DNA from: the human T2T-CHM13v2.0 reference genome, Homo sapiens
Reading direction: 5' to 3' (one strand)
DNA length: 64,000 nt
NCBI RefSeq assembly: GCF_009914755.1
Contig: NC_060946.1
Notes under the pieces: model-generated
The model's input: the letters and a program-made list of their open reading frames with translations, nothing else
Database searches by the model: none
Told to the model about the DNA's origin: nothing
Shown: piece after piece, positions 26,296 through 40,800 of the stretch
How the letters are laid out: every line of letters begins with the position of its first letter
How positions within the stretch are numbered: the stretch's first letter is position 1
Program-made: the position numbers and the translations under genes

Positions 26296-28201
26296 CTAGG
26301 ATGTGCCTAAATTAACTTTTTGACATAACCCTGTACTGATCATCCAGGTGATGGAGCTTTTGTCTAGGCTCTGCCTAAGGGGGCATTGTGACATATTTCT
26401 GCATTGATCCCCCAGGTGGCGAACTCTTCTCTCGGATCTGCCTATGGGGGCATTGTGAGAAATCTCTGCACTGATCACACAGGTGATGTAACTGTTGTGT
26501 AACCACTGCCTACAGGGGAATTGTGAGAAATCTCGCCACTGATTACCCAAGTGATGTAACCGTTGTCTAGGCTTTGCGTACAGGGGGCTTTGTGACATAC
26601 CTTTGCACTGATCACCCAGGTGATGTAACACATCGAAGTTCGGCCTAAAGGAGCTTTGTGACATATCTCTGCACTGATCGCTTAGGTGATGTAACACTTT
26701 TATAATCACTGCCTACAGGGAATTTTGACAAATGTCTGCACTGATCACCTAGGTGATGTAACTCTTGTCTACCCTCTGTCCAACGGGGCATTGTGAAATA
26801 TCTCTGCACTGATCACCCAGGTGATTCAACTCTTGACTAGGAACTGCCTACAGAGGTTATTGTGAAATATCTCTGCACTGATAAACTAGGTGGTGTAAAC
26901 CTTGTCCAAACTCTGCCTACAGGGGCGTTTCCACATATCCCTGAACTGATGACAGAGGTGATGTAACTCTTGCCTAGGCTTTGCCTACAGGGAACATTGG
27001 ACATATATCTGCACTGATCACCCAGGTGATGCAACTCTTGCCTAGGCTTTGCCTACAGGGGACATTGTGACATATCTCTTCAATGATCACTCATGTGATG
27101 CATCTCTTGCCTAGGCTTTGCCTACAGGGGACATTTTGACATATCTCTGCACTGATCTCCCAGGTGCTGTAACTTTAGTCTAGGCTCTGGCTACACGGCA
27201 TTGTGACATATCACTGCACTGATCAACCAGGTGATATAACTCTTGTATAGGCTCTGCCTACAGGGGGATTGTGACCTACCTCTGCACTGATCACCCAGGT
27301 GATATAACTCTTCTCTAGGATCTTCCTACAGGGTACTTTGCGACATATCCCTGCACTGATCACCCAGGTGATCTATCTCTGGTCTAAGCTCTGCCTAAAG
27401 GGGCATTATGACAGATCTCTGCACTGATCACTCAGGTGATGTAAGTATTGTCTAGTCTCTGCTTCAAGGGGCCTTGTCACATATCTCTGCACTGATCACC
27501 CAGGTGATGTAACTCTTGTCTAGGCTCTGTTTCCAGGGCATATTGTGACCTATCTATGCACTGATCACCTTAGTGATGTGACACTTTGGTAGGCTCGGCC
27601 TACAGGGGAATCTTGACATATCTCTGCACTGTTAACCGAGGTGATTTAACTCTTGTCTAGGCTGTGCCCACAGGGGGATTGAGACATAACCCTGCACTGA
27701 TCCCGAGGTGATACAACTCTTGCCTGGTCTCTGCCTACTGTGGACATTGTGACATATCTCTGCACTGATCTCCCAGGTGCTGTAACTTTAGTCTAGGCTC
27801 TGGCTACACGGCATTGTGACATATCACTGCACAGATCAGCCAGGCGATATAACTGTTCTCTAGGATCTGACCACAGGGTGCTTTGTGACATATCCCTGCA
27901 ATGATCACCCAGGTGATATACCACTTGCCAAGGCTCTGCCTACAGGGGCATTGCAATGTATCTCTGCACTGATCACCTAGGTCTTGTAGCTATTTTCTAG
28001 GATCTGCCTACAGGGTGCTTTGGGACGTGTCCCAGCAAGGATTACCCAGGTGATGTACCTCTCATCAAGGCTCTGCCTACAGGCACATTGTGATGTATCT
28101 CTGCACTGATCACCTCGGTCATGTAACTTTTTTCTAGGCTCTACCTACGAAGGCATTGTGACATATCTCTGCACTAATCATCCAAGTGATGTAACTCTTG
28201 T

Positions 28202-31200
28202 CTAGGATGTGCCTAAATTAACTTTTTGACATAACCCTGTACTGATCATCCAGGTGATGGAGCTTTTGTCTAAGCTCTGCCTAAGGGGGCATTGTGACAT
28301 ATTTCTGCATTGATCACCCAGGTGGCGAACCCTTCTCTCGGATCTGCCTATGGGGGCATTGTGAGAAATCTCTGCACTGATCACCCAGATGATTCAACTC
28401 TTGACTAGGAACTGCCTACAGAGGTTATTGTGAAATATCTCTGCACTGATAAACTAGGTGGTGTAACCCTTGTCCAAGTTCTGCCTACAGGGGCGTTTCC
28501 ACATATCCCTGAACTGATGACAGAGGTGATGTAACTCTTGCCTAGGCTTTGCCTACAGGGAACATTGGACATATATCTGCACTGATCACCCAGGTGATGC
28601 AACTCTTGCCTAGGCTTTGCCTACAGGGGACATTGTGACATATCTCTTCAATGATCACTCATGTGATGCATCTCTTGCCTAGGCTTTGCCTACAGGGGAC
28701 ATTGTGACATATCTCTGCACTGATCTCCCAGGTGCTGTAACTTTAGTCTAGGCTCTGGCTACACGGCATTGTGACATATCACTGCACTGATCAACCAGGT
28801 GATATAACTCTTGTATAGGCTCTGCCTAAAGGGGGATTGTGACCTACCTCTGCACTGATCACCCAGGTGATATAACTCTTCTCTAGGATCTTCCTACACG
28901 GTACTTTGTGACATATCCCTGCACTGATCACCCATGTGATCTATCTCTGGTCTAAGCTCTGCCTAAAGGGGCTTTGTGACAGATCTCTGCACTGATCACT
29001 CAGGTGATGTAAGTATTGTCTAGGCTCTGCTTCAAGGGGCCTTGTCACATATCTCTGCACTGATCACCCAGGTGATGTAACTCTTGTCTAGGCTCTGTTT
29101 CCAGGGCATATTGAGACCTATCTATGCACTGATCACCTTAGTGATGTGACACTTTGGTAGGCTCGGCCTACAGGGGAATCTTGACATATCTCTGCACTGT
29201 TAACCGAGGTGATTTAACTCTTGTCTAGGCTGTGCCCACAGGGGGATTGAGACATAACCCTGCACTGATCCCGAGGTGATACAACTCTTGCCTGGTCTCT
29301 GCCTACTGTGGACATTGTGACATATCTCTGCACTGATCTCCCAGGTGCTGTAACTTTAGTCTAGGCTCTGGCTACACGGCATTGTGACATATCACTGCAC
29401 AGATCAGCCAGGCGATATAACTGTTCTCTAGGATCTGACCACAGGGTGCTTTGTGACATATCCCTGCAATGATCACCCAGGTGATATACCACTTGCCAAG
29501 GCTCTGCCTACAGGGGCATTGCAATGTATCTCTGCACTGATCACCTAGGTCTTGTAGCTATTTTCTAGGATCTGCCTACAGGGTGCTTTGGGACGTGTCC
29601 CAGCAAGGATTACCCAGGTGATGTACCTCTCATCAAGGCTCTGCCTACAGGCACATTGTGATGTATCTCTGCACTGATCACCTCGGTCATGTAACTTTTT
29701 TCTAGGCTCTACCTACGAAGGCATTGTGACATATCTCTGCACTAATCATCCAAGTGATGTAACTCTTGTCTAGGATGTGCCTAAATTAACTTTTTGACAT
29801 AACCCTGTACTGATCATCCAGGTGATGGAGCTTTTGTCTAAGCTCTGCCTAAGGGGGCATTGTGACATATTTCTGCATTGATCACCCAGGTGGCGAACCC
29901 TTCTCTCGGATCTGCCTATGGGGGCATTGTGAGAAATCTCTGCACTGATCACCCAGATGATTCAACTCTTGACTAGGAACTGCCTACAGAGGTTATTGTG
30001 AAATATCTCTGCACTGATAAACTAGGTGGTGTAACCCTTGTCCAAGTTCTGCCTACAGGGGCGTTTCCACATATCCCTGAACTGATGACAGAGGTGATGT
30101 AACTCTTGCCTAGGCTTTGCCTACAGGGAACATTGGACATATATCTGCACTGATCACCCAGGTGATGCAACTCTTGCCTAGGCTTTGCCTACAGGGGACA
30201 TTGTGACATATCTCTTCAATGATCACTCATGTGATGCATCTCTTGCCTAGGCTTTGCCTACAGGGGACATTGTGACATATCTCTGCACTGATCTCCCAGG
30301 TGCTGTAACTTTAGTCTAGGCTCTGGCTACACGGCATTGTGACATATCACTGCACTGATCAACCAGGTGATATAACTCTTGTATAGGCTCTGCCTAAAGG
30401 GGGATTGTGACCTACCTCTGCACTGATCACCCAGGTGATATAACACTTCTCTAGGATCTTCCTACACGGTACTTTGTGACATATCCCTGCACTGATCACC
30501 CATGTGATCTATCTCTGGTCTAAGCTCTGCCTAAAGGGGCTTTGTGACAGATCTCTGCACTGATCACTCAGGTGATGTAAGTATTGTCTAGGCTCTGCTT
30601 CAAGGGGCCTTGTCACATATCTCTGCACTGATCACCCAGGTGATGTAACTCTTGTCTAGGCTCTGCTTCCAGGGCATATTGTGACATATCTATGCACTGA
30701 TCACCTTAATGATGTAACACTTTTGTAGGCTCGGCCTACAGGGGAATCTTGACATATCTCTGCACTGTTAACCGAGGTGATTTAACTCTTGTCTAGGCTG
30801 TGCCCACAGGGGGATTGAGACATATCTCTGCACTGATCCCGAGGTGATACAACTCTTGCCTGGTCTCGGCCTACTGTGGACATTGTGACATATCTCTGCA
30901 CTGATCTCCCAGGTGCTGTAACTTTAGTCTAGGCTCTGGCTACACGGCATTGTGGCATATCACTGCACTGATCACCCAGGCGATATAACTCTTCTCTAGG
31001 ATCTGACCACAGGGTGCTTTGTGACATATCCCTGCAATGATCACCCAGGTGATATACCACTTGCCAAGGCTCTGCCTACAGGGGCATTGCAATGTATCTC
31101 TGCACTGATCACCTAGGTCTTGTAGCTATTTTCTAGGATCTGCCTACAGGGTGCCTTGTGACGTGTCCCAGCAAGGATTACCCAGGTGATGTACCTCTCA

Positions 31201-31337
31201 TCAAGGCTCTGCCTACAGGCACATTGTGATGTATCTCTGCACTGATCACCTAGGTCATGTAACCTTTTTCTAAGCTCTACCTACGATGGCATTGTGACAT
31301 ATCTCTGCACTAATCATCCAAGGGATGTAACTCTTGT
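28202..31337 (-). repeat. Two tandem 23-monomer deletion variant HORs (1568 bp each; m13-m17 missing)
   Basis: Markers at 28202, 29770 and 31338; m12->m18 junctions at 28379 and 29947 (gatcacccagatgattcaac). Confidence 0.92.
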
Positions 31338-33243
31338 CTAGGATGTGCCTAAATTAACTTTTTGACATAACCCTGTACTGATCATCCAGGTGATGGAGCT
31401 TTTGTCTAGGCTCTGCCTAAGGGGGCATTGTGACATATTTCTGCATTGATCCCCCAGGTGGCGAAATCTTCTCTCGGATCTGCCTATGGGGGCATTGTGA
31501 GAAATCTCTGCACTGATCACCCAGGTGATGTAACTGTTGTGTAACCTCTGCCTACAGGGGAATTGTGAGAGATCTCGCCACTGATTACCCAAGTGATGTA
31601 ACCGTTGTCTGGGCTTTGCGTACAGGGGGCCTTGTGACATACCTTTGCACTGATCACCCAGGTGATGTAACACATCTAAGTTCGGCCTAAAGGAGCTTTG
31701 TGACATATCTCTGCACTGATCGCTTAGGTGATGTAACACTTTTATAATCACTGCCTACAGGGAATTTTGACAAATGTCTGCACTGATCACCTAGGTGATG
31801 TAACTCTTGTCTACCCTCTGTCCAACGGGGCATTGTGAAATATCTCTGCACTGATCACCCAGGTGATTCAACTCTTGACTAGGAACTGCCTACAGAGGTT
31901 ATTGTGAAATATCTCTGCACTGATAAACTAGGTGGTGTAACCCTTGTCCAAGCTCTGCCTACAGGGGCGTTTCCACATATCCCTGAACTGATGACAGAGG
32001 TGATGTAACTCTTGCCTAGGCTTTGCCTACAGGGAACATTGGACATATATCTGCACTGATCACCCAGGTGATGCAACTCTTGCCTAGGCTTTGCCTACAG
32101 GGGACATTGTGACATATCTCTTCAATGATCACTCATGTGATGCATCTCTTGCCTAGGCTTTGCCTACAGGGGACATTTTGACATATCTCTGCACTGATCT
32201 CCCAGGTGCTGTAACTTTAGTCTAGGCTCTGGCTACACGGCATTGTGACATATCACTGCACTGATCAACCAGGTGATATAACTCTTGTATAGGCTCTGCC
32301 TACAGGGGGATTGTGACCTACCTCTGCACTGATCACCCAGGTGATATAACTCTTCTCTAGGATCTTCCTACAGGGTACTTTGCGACATATCCCTGCACTG
32401 ATCACCCAGGTGATCTATCTCTGGTCTAAGCTCTGCCTAAAGGGGCATTGTGACAGATCTCTGCACTGATCACTCAGGTGATGTAAGTATTGTCTAGGCT
32501 CTGCTTCAAGGGGCCTTGTCACATATCTCTGCACTGATCACCCAGGTGATGTAACTCTTGTCTAGGCTCTGTTTCCAGGGCATATTGTGACCTATCTATG
32601 CACTGATCACCTTAGTGATGTGACACTTTGGTAGGCTCGGCCTACAGGGGAATCTTGACATATCTCTGCACTGTTAACCGAGGTGATTTAACTCTTGTCT
32701 AGGCTGTGCCCACAGGGGGATTGAGACATAACCCTGCACTGATCCCGAGGTGATACAACTCTTGCCTGGTCTCTGCCTACTGTGGACATTGTGACATATC
32801 TCTGCACTGATCTCCCAGGTGCTGTAACTTTAGTCTAGGCTCTGGCTACACGGCATTGTGACATATCACTGCACAGATCAGCCAGGCGATATAACTGTTC
32901 TCTAGGATCTGACCACAGGGTGCTTTGTGACATATCCCTGCAATGATCACCCAGGTGATATACCACTTGCCAAGGCTCTGCCTACAGGGGCATTGCAATG
33001 TATCTCTGCACTGATCACCTAGGTCTTGTAGCTATTTTCTAGGATCTGCCTACAGGGTGCTTTGGGACGTGTCCCAGCAAGGATTACCCAGGTGATGTAC
33101 CTCTCATCAAGGCTCTGCCTACAGGCACATTGTGATGTATCTCTGCACTGATCACCTCGGTCATGTAACTTTTTTCTAGGCTCTACCTACGAAGGCATTG
33201 TGACATATCTCTGCACTAATCATCCAAGTGATGTAACTCTTGT

Positions 33244-34811
33244 CTAGGATGTGCCTAAATTAACTTTTTGACATAACCCTGTACTGATCATCCAGGTGAT
33301 GGAGCTTTTGTCTAAGCTCTGCCTAAGGGGGCATTGTGACATATTTCTGCATTGATCACCCAGGTGGCGAACCCTTCTCTCGGATCTGCCTATGGGGGCA
33401 TTGTGAGAAATCTCTGCACTGATCACCCAGATGATTCAACTCTTGACTAGGAACTGCCTACAGAGGTTATTGTGAAATATCTCTGCACAGATAAACTAGG
33501 TGGTGTAACCCTTGTCCAAGTTCTGCCTACAGGGGCGTTTCCACATATCCCTGAACTGATGACAGAGGTGATGTAACTCTTGCCTAGGCTTTGCCTACAG
33601 GGAACATTGGACATATATCTGCACTGATCACCCAGGTGATGCAACTCTTGCCTAGGCTTTGCCTACAGGGGACATTGTGACATATCTCTTCAATGATCAC
33701 TCATGTGATGCATCTCTTGCCTAGGCTTTGCCTACAGGGGACATTGTGACATATCTCTGCACTGATCTCCCAGGTGCTGTAACTTTAGTCTAGGCTCTGG
33801 CTACACGGCATTGTGACATATCACTGCACTGATCAACCAGGTGATATAACTCTTGTATAGGCTCTGCCTACAGGGGGATTGTGACCTACCTCTGCACTGA
33901 TCACCCAGGTGATATAACTCTTCTCTAGGATCTTCCTACACGGTACTTTGTGACATATCCCTGCACTGATCACCCATGTGATCTATCTCTGGTCTAAGCT
34001 CTGCCTAAAGGGGCTTTGTGACAGATCTCTGCACTGATCACTCAGGTGATGTAAGTATTGTCTAGGCTCTGCTTCAAGGGGCCTTGTCACATATCTCTGC
34101 ACTGATCACCCAGGTGATGTAACTCTTGTCTAGGCTCTGCTTCCAGGGCATATTGTGACATATCTATGCACTGATCACCTTAGTGATGTAACACTTTTGT
34201 AGGCTCGGCCTACAGGGGAATCTTGACATATCTCTGCACTGTTAACCGAGGTGATTTAACTCTTGTCTAGGCTGTGCCCACAGGGGGATTGAGACATATC
34301 TCTGCACTGATCCCGAGGTGATACAACTCTTGCCTGGTCTCGGCCTACTGTGGACATTGTGACATATCTCTGCACTGATCTCCCAGGTGCTGTAACTTTA
34401 GTCTAGGCTCTGGCTACACGGCATTGTGGCATATCACTGCACTGATCACCCAGGCGATATAACTCTTCTCTAGGATCTGACCACAGGGTGCTTTGTGACA
34501 TATCCCTGCAATGATCACCCAGGTGATATACCACTTGCCAAGGCTCTGCCTACAGGGGCATTGCAATGTATCTCTGCACTGATCACCTAGGTCTTGTAGC
34601 TATTTTCTAGGATCTGCCTACAGGGTGCCTTGTGACGTGTCCCAGCAAGGATTACCCAGGTGATGTACCTCTCATCAAGGCTCTGCCTACAGGCACATTG
34701 TGATGTATCTCTGCACTGATCACCTAGGTCATGTAACCTTTTTCTAAGCTCTACCTACGATGGCATTGTGACATATCTCTGCACTAATCATCCAAGTGAT
34801 GTAAATCTTGT
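33244..34811 (-). repeat. Third 23-monomer deletion variant HOR (1568 bp)
   Basis: Same m12->m18 junction with the same private base (cccagatgattc) at 33421; marker spacing 33244->34812. Confidence 0.92.
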
Positions 34812-37800
34812 CTAGGATGTGCCTAAATTAACTTTTTGACATAACCCTGTACTGATCATCCAGGTGATGGAGCTTTTGTCTAGGCTCTGCCTAAGGGGGC
34901 ATTGTGACATATTTCTGCATTGATCCCCCAGGTGGCGAAATCTTCTCTCGGATCTGCCTATGGGGGCATTGTGAGAAATATCTGCACTGATCACCCAGGT
35001 GATGTAACTGTTGTGTAACCTCTGCCTACAGGGGAATTGTGAGAGATCTCGCCACTGATTACCCAAGTGATGTAACCGTTGTCTGGGCTTTGCGTACAGG
35101 GGGCCTTGTGACATACCTTTGCACTGATCACCCAGGTGATGTAACACATCTAAGTTCGGCCTAAAGGAGCTTTGTGACATATCTCTGCACTGATCGCTTA
35201 GGTGATGTAACACTTTTATAATCACTGCCTACAGGGAATTTTGACAAATGTCTGCACTGATCACCTAGGTGATGTAACTCTTGTCTACCCTCTGTCCAAC
35301 GGGGCATTGTGAAATATCTCTGCACTGATCACCCAGGTGATTCAACTCTTGACTAGGAACTGCCTACAGAGGTTATTGTGAAATATCTCTGCACTGATAA
35401 ACTAGGTGGTGTAACCCTTGTCCAAGCTCTGCCTACAGGGGCGTTTCCACATATCCCTGAACTGATGACAGAGGTGATGTAACTCTTGCCTAGGCTTTGC
35501 CTACAGGGAACATTGGACATATATCTGCACTGATCACCCAGGTGATGCAACTCTTGCCTAGGCTTTGCCTACAGGGGACATTGTGACATATCTCTTCAAT
35601 GATCACTCATGTGATGCATCTCTTGCCTAGGCTTTGCCTACAGGGGACATTTTGACATATCTCTGCACTGATCTCCCAGGTGCTGTAACTTTAGTCTAGG
35701 CTCTGGCTACACGGCATTGTGACATATCACTGCACTGATCAACCAGGTGATATAACTCTTGTATAGGCTCTGCCTACAGGGGGATTGTGACCTACCTCTG
35801 CACTGATCACCGAGGTGATATTACTCTTCTCTAGGATCTTCCTACAGGGTACTTTGTGACATATCCCTGCACTGATCACCCAGGTGATCTATCTCTGGTC
35901 TAAGCTCTGCCTAAAGGGGCATTGTGACAGATCTCTGCACTGATCACTCAGGTGATGTAAGTATTGTCTAGGCTCTGCTTCAAGGGGCCTTGTCACATAT
36001 CTCTGCACTGATCACCCAGGTGATGTTACTCTTGTCTAGGCTCTGCTTCCAGGGCATATTGTGACATATCTATGCACTGATCACCTTAGTGATGTAACAC
36101 TTTTGTAGGCTCGGCCTACAGGGGAATCTTGACATATCTCTGCACTGTTAACCGAGGTGATTTAACTCTTGTCTAGGCTGTGCCCACAGGGGGATTGAGA
36201 CATATCTCTGCACTGATCCCGAGGTGATACAACTCTTGCCTGGTCTCTGCCTACTGTGGACATTGTGACATATCTCTGCACTGATCTCCCAGGTGCTGTA
36301 ACTTTAGTCTAGGCTCTGGCTACACGGCATTGTGACATATCACTGCACTGATCACCCAGACGATATAACTCTTCTCTAGGATCTGACCACATTGTGCTTT
36401 GTGACATATCCCTGCAATGATCACCCAGGTGATATACCACTTGCCAAGGCTCTGCCTACAGGGGCATTGCAATGTATCTCTGCACTGATCACCTAGGTCT
36501 TGTAGCTATTTTCTAGGATCTGCCTACAGGGTGCTTTGTGACGTGTCCCAGCAAGGATTACCCAGGTGATGTACCTCTCATCATGGCTCTGCCTACAGGC
36601 ACATTGTGATGTATCTCTGCACTGATCACCTAGGTCATGTAAATTTTGTCTAGGCTCTACCTACGATGGCATTGTGACATATCTCTGCACTAATCATCCA
36701 AGTGATGTAACTCTTGTCTAGGATGTGCCTAAATTAACTTTTTGACATAACCCTGTACTGATCATCCAGGTGATGGAGCTTTTGTCTAGGCTCTGCCTAA
36801 GGGGGCATTGTGACATATTTCTGCATTGATCACCCAGGTGGCGAACTCTTCTCTCGGATCTGCCTATGGGGGCATTGTGAGAAATCTCTGCACTGATCAC
36901 CTAGGTGATGTAACTGTTGTGTAACCTCTGCCTACAGGGGAATTGTGAGAGATCTCGCCACTGATTACCCAAGTGATGTAACCGTTGTCTAGGCTTTGCG
37001 TACAGGGGGCTTTGTGACATACCTTTGCACTGATCACCCAGGTGATGTAACACATCTAAGTTCGGCCTACAGGAGCTTTGTGACATATCTCTGCACTGAT
37101 CGCTTAGGTGATGTAACACTTTTATAATCACTGCCTACAGGGAATTTTGACAAATGTCTGCACTGATCTCCTAGGTGATGTAACTCTTGTCTACCCTCTG
37201 TCCAACGGGGCATTGTGAAATATCTCTGCACAGATCACCCAGGTGATTCAACTCTTGACTAGGAACTGCCTACAGAGGTTATTGTGAAATATCTCTGCAC
37301 TGATAAACTAGGTGGTGTAACCCTTGTCCAAGCTCTGCCTACAGGGGCGTTTCCACATATCCCTGAACTGATGACAGAGGTGATGTAACTCTTGCCTAGG
37401 CTTTGCCTACAGGGAACATTGGACATATATCTGCACTGATCACCCAGGTGATGCAACTCTTGCCTAGGCTTTGCCTACAGGGGACATGGTGACATATCTC
37501 TTCAATGATCACTCGTGTGATGCATCTCTTGCCTAGGCTTTGCCTACAGGGGACATTGTGACATATCTCTGCACTGATCTCCCAGGTGCTGTAACTTTAG
37601 TCTAGGCTCTGGCTACACGGCATTGTGACATATCACTGCACTGATCAACCAGGTGATATAAGTCTTGTATAGGCTCTGCCTACAGGGGGATTGTGACCTA
37701 CCTCTGCACTGATCACCCAGGTGATATAACTCTTCTCTAGGATCTTCCTACAGGGTACTTTGTGACATATCCCTGCACTGATCACCCATGTGATCTATCT

Positions 37801-40800
37801 CTGGTCTAAGCTCTGCCTAAAGGGGCTTTGTGACAGATCTCTGCACTGATCACTCAGGTGATGTAAGTATTGTCTAGGCTCTGCTTCAAGGGGCCTTGTC
37901 ACATCTCTCTGCACTGATCACCCAGGTGATGTACCTCTTGTCTAGGCTCTGCTTCCAGGGCATATTGTGACATATCTATGCACTGATCACCTTAGTGATG
38001 TAACACTTTGGTAGGCTCGGCCTACAGGGGAATCTTGACATATCTCTGCACTGTTAACCGAGGTGATTTAACTCTTGTCTAGGCTGTGCCCACAGGGGTA
38101 TTGAGACATATCTCTGCACTGATCCCGAGGTGATACAACTCTTGCCTGGTCTCTGCCTACTGTGGACATTGTGACATATCTCTGCACTGATCTCCCAGGT
38201 GCTGTAACTTTAGTCTAGGCTCTGGCTACACGGCATTGTGACATATCACTGCACTGATCACCCAGACGATATAACTCTTCTCTAAGATCTGACCACATTG
38301 TGCTTTGTGACATATCCCTGCAATGATCACCCAGGTGATATACCACTTGCCAAGGCTCTGCCTACAGGGGCATTGCAATGTATCTCTGCACTGATCACCT
38401 AGGTCTTGTAGCTATTTTCTAGGATCTGCCTACAGGGTGCTTTGTGACGTGTCCCAGCAAGGATTACCCAGGTGATGTACCTCTCATCAAGGCTCTGCCT
38501 ACAGGCACATTGTGATGTATCTCTGCACTGATCACCAAGGTCATGTAAATTTTGTCTAGGCTCTACCTACGATGGCATTGTGACATATCTCTGCACTAAT
38601 CATCCAAGTGATGTAACTCTTGTCTAGGATGTGCCTAAATTAACTTTTTGACATAACCCTGTACTGATCATCCAGGTGATGGAGCTTTTGTCTAGGCTCT
38701 GCCTAAGGGGGCATTGTGACATATTTCTGCATTGATCCCCCAGGTGGCGAACTCTTCTCTCGGATCTGCCTATGGGGGCATTGTGAGAAATCTCTGCACT
38801 GATCACCCAGGTGATGTAACTGTTGTGTAACCTCTGCCTACAGGGGAATTGTGAGAGATCTCGCCACTGATTACCCAAGTGATGTAACCGTTGTCTAGGC
38901 TTTGCGTACAGGGGGCTTTGTGACATACCTTTGCACTGATCACCCAGGTGATGTAACACATCTAAGTTCGGCCTAAAGGAGCTTTGTGACATATCTCTGC
39001 ACTGATCGCTTAGGTGATGTAACACTTTTATAATCACTGCCTACAGGGAATTTTGACAAATGTCTGCACTGATCACCTAGGTGATGTAACTCTTGTCTAC
39101 CCTCTGTCCAACGGGGCATTGTGAAATATCTCTGCACAATTCACCCAGGTGATTCAACTCTTGACTAGGAACTGCCTACAGAGGTTATTGTGAAATATCT
39201 CTGCACTGATAAACTAGGTGGTGTAACCCTTGTCCAAGCTCTGCCTACAGGGGCGTTTCCACATATCCCTGAACTGATGACAGAGGTGATGTAACTCCTG
39301 CCTAGGCTTTGCCTACAGGGAACATTGGACATATATCTGCACTGATCACCCAGGTGATGCAACTCTTGCCTAGGCTTTGCCTACAGGGGACATTGTGACA
39401 TATCTCTTCAATGATCACTCATGTGATGCATCTCTTGCCTAGGCTTTGCCTACAGGGGACATTGTGACATATCTCTGCACTGATCTCCCAGGTGCTGTAA
39501 CTTTAGTCTAGGCTCTGGCTACACGACATTGTGACATATCACTGCACTGATCAACCTGGTGATATAACTATTGTATAGGATCTGCCTACAGGGGGATTGT
39601 GACCTACCTCTGCACTGATCACCCAGGTGATATAACTCTTCTCTAGGATCTTCCTACAGGGTACTTTGTGACATATCCCTGCACTGATCACCCAGGTGAT
39701 CTATCTCTGGTCTAAGCTCTGCCTAAAGGGGCTTTGTGACAGATCTCTGCACTGATCACTCAGGTGATGTAAGTATTGTCTAGGCTCTGCTTCAAGGGGC
39801 CTTGTCACATATCTCTGCACTGATCACCCAGGTGATGGAACTCTTGTCTAGGCTCTGCTTCCAGGGCATATTGTGACATATCTATGCACTGATCACCTTA
39901 GTGATGTAACACTTTGGTAGGCTCGGCCTACAGGGGAATCTTGACATATCTCTGCACTGTTAACCGAGGTGATTTAACTCTTGTCTAGGCTGTGCCCACA
40001 GGGGGATTGAGACATATCTCTGCACTGATCCCGAGGTGATACAACTCTTGCCTGGTCTCTGCCTACTGTGGACATTGTGACATATCTCTGCACTGATCTC
40101 CCAGGTGCTGTAACTTTAGTCTAGGCTCTGGCTACACGGCATTGTGACATATCACTGCACTGATCACCCAGACGATATAACTCTTCTCTAGGATCTGACC
40201 ACATTGTGCTTTGTGACATATCCCTGCAATGATCACCCAGGTGATATACCACTTGCCAAGGCTCTGCCTACAGGGGCATTGCAATGTATCTCTGCACTGA
40301 TCACCTAGGTCTTGTAGCTATTTTCTAGGATCTGCCTACAGGGTGCTTTGTGACGTGTCCCAGCAAGGATTACCCAGGTGATGTACCTCTCATCAAGGCT
40401 CTGCCTACAGGCACATTGTGATGTATCTCTGCACTGACCACCTAGGTCATGTAAATTTTGTCTAGGCTCTACCTACGATGGCATTGTGACATATCTCTGC
40501 ACTAATCATCCAAGTGATGTAACTCTTGTCTAGGATGTGCCTAAATTAACTTTTTGACATAACCCTGTACGGATCATCCAGGTGATGGAGCTTTTGTCTA
40601 GGCTCTGCCTAAGGGGGCATTGTGACATATTTCTGCATTGATCCCCCAGGTGGCGAACTCTTCTCTCGGATCTGCCTATGGGGGCATTGTGAGAAATCTC
40701 TGCACTGATCACCTAGGTGATGTAACTGTTGTGTAACCTCTGCCTACAGGGGAATTGTGAGAGATCTCGCCACTGATTACCCAAGTGATGTAACCGTTGT

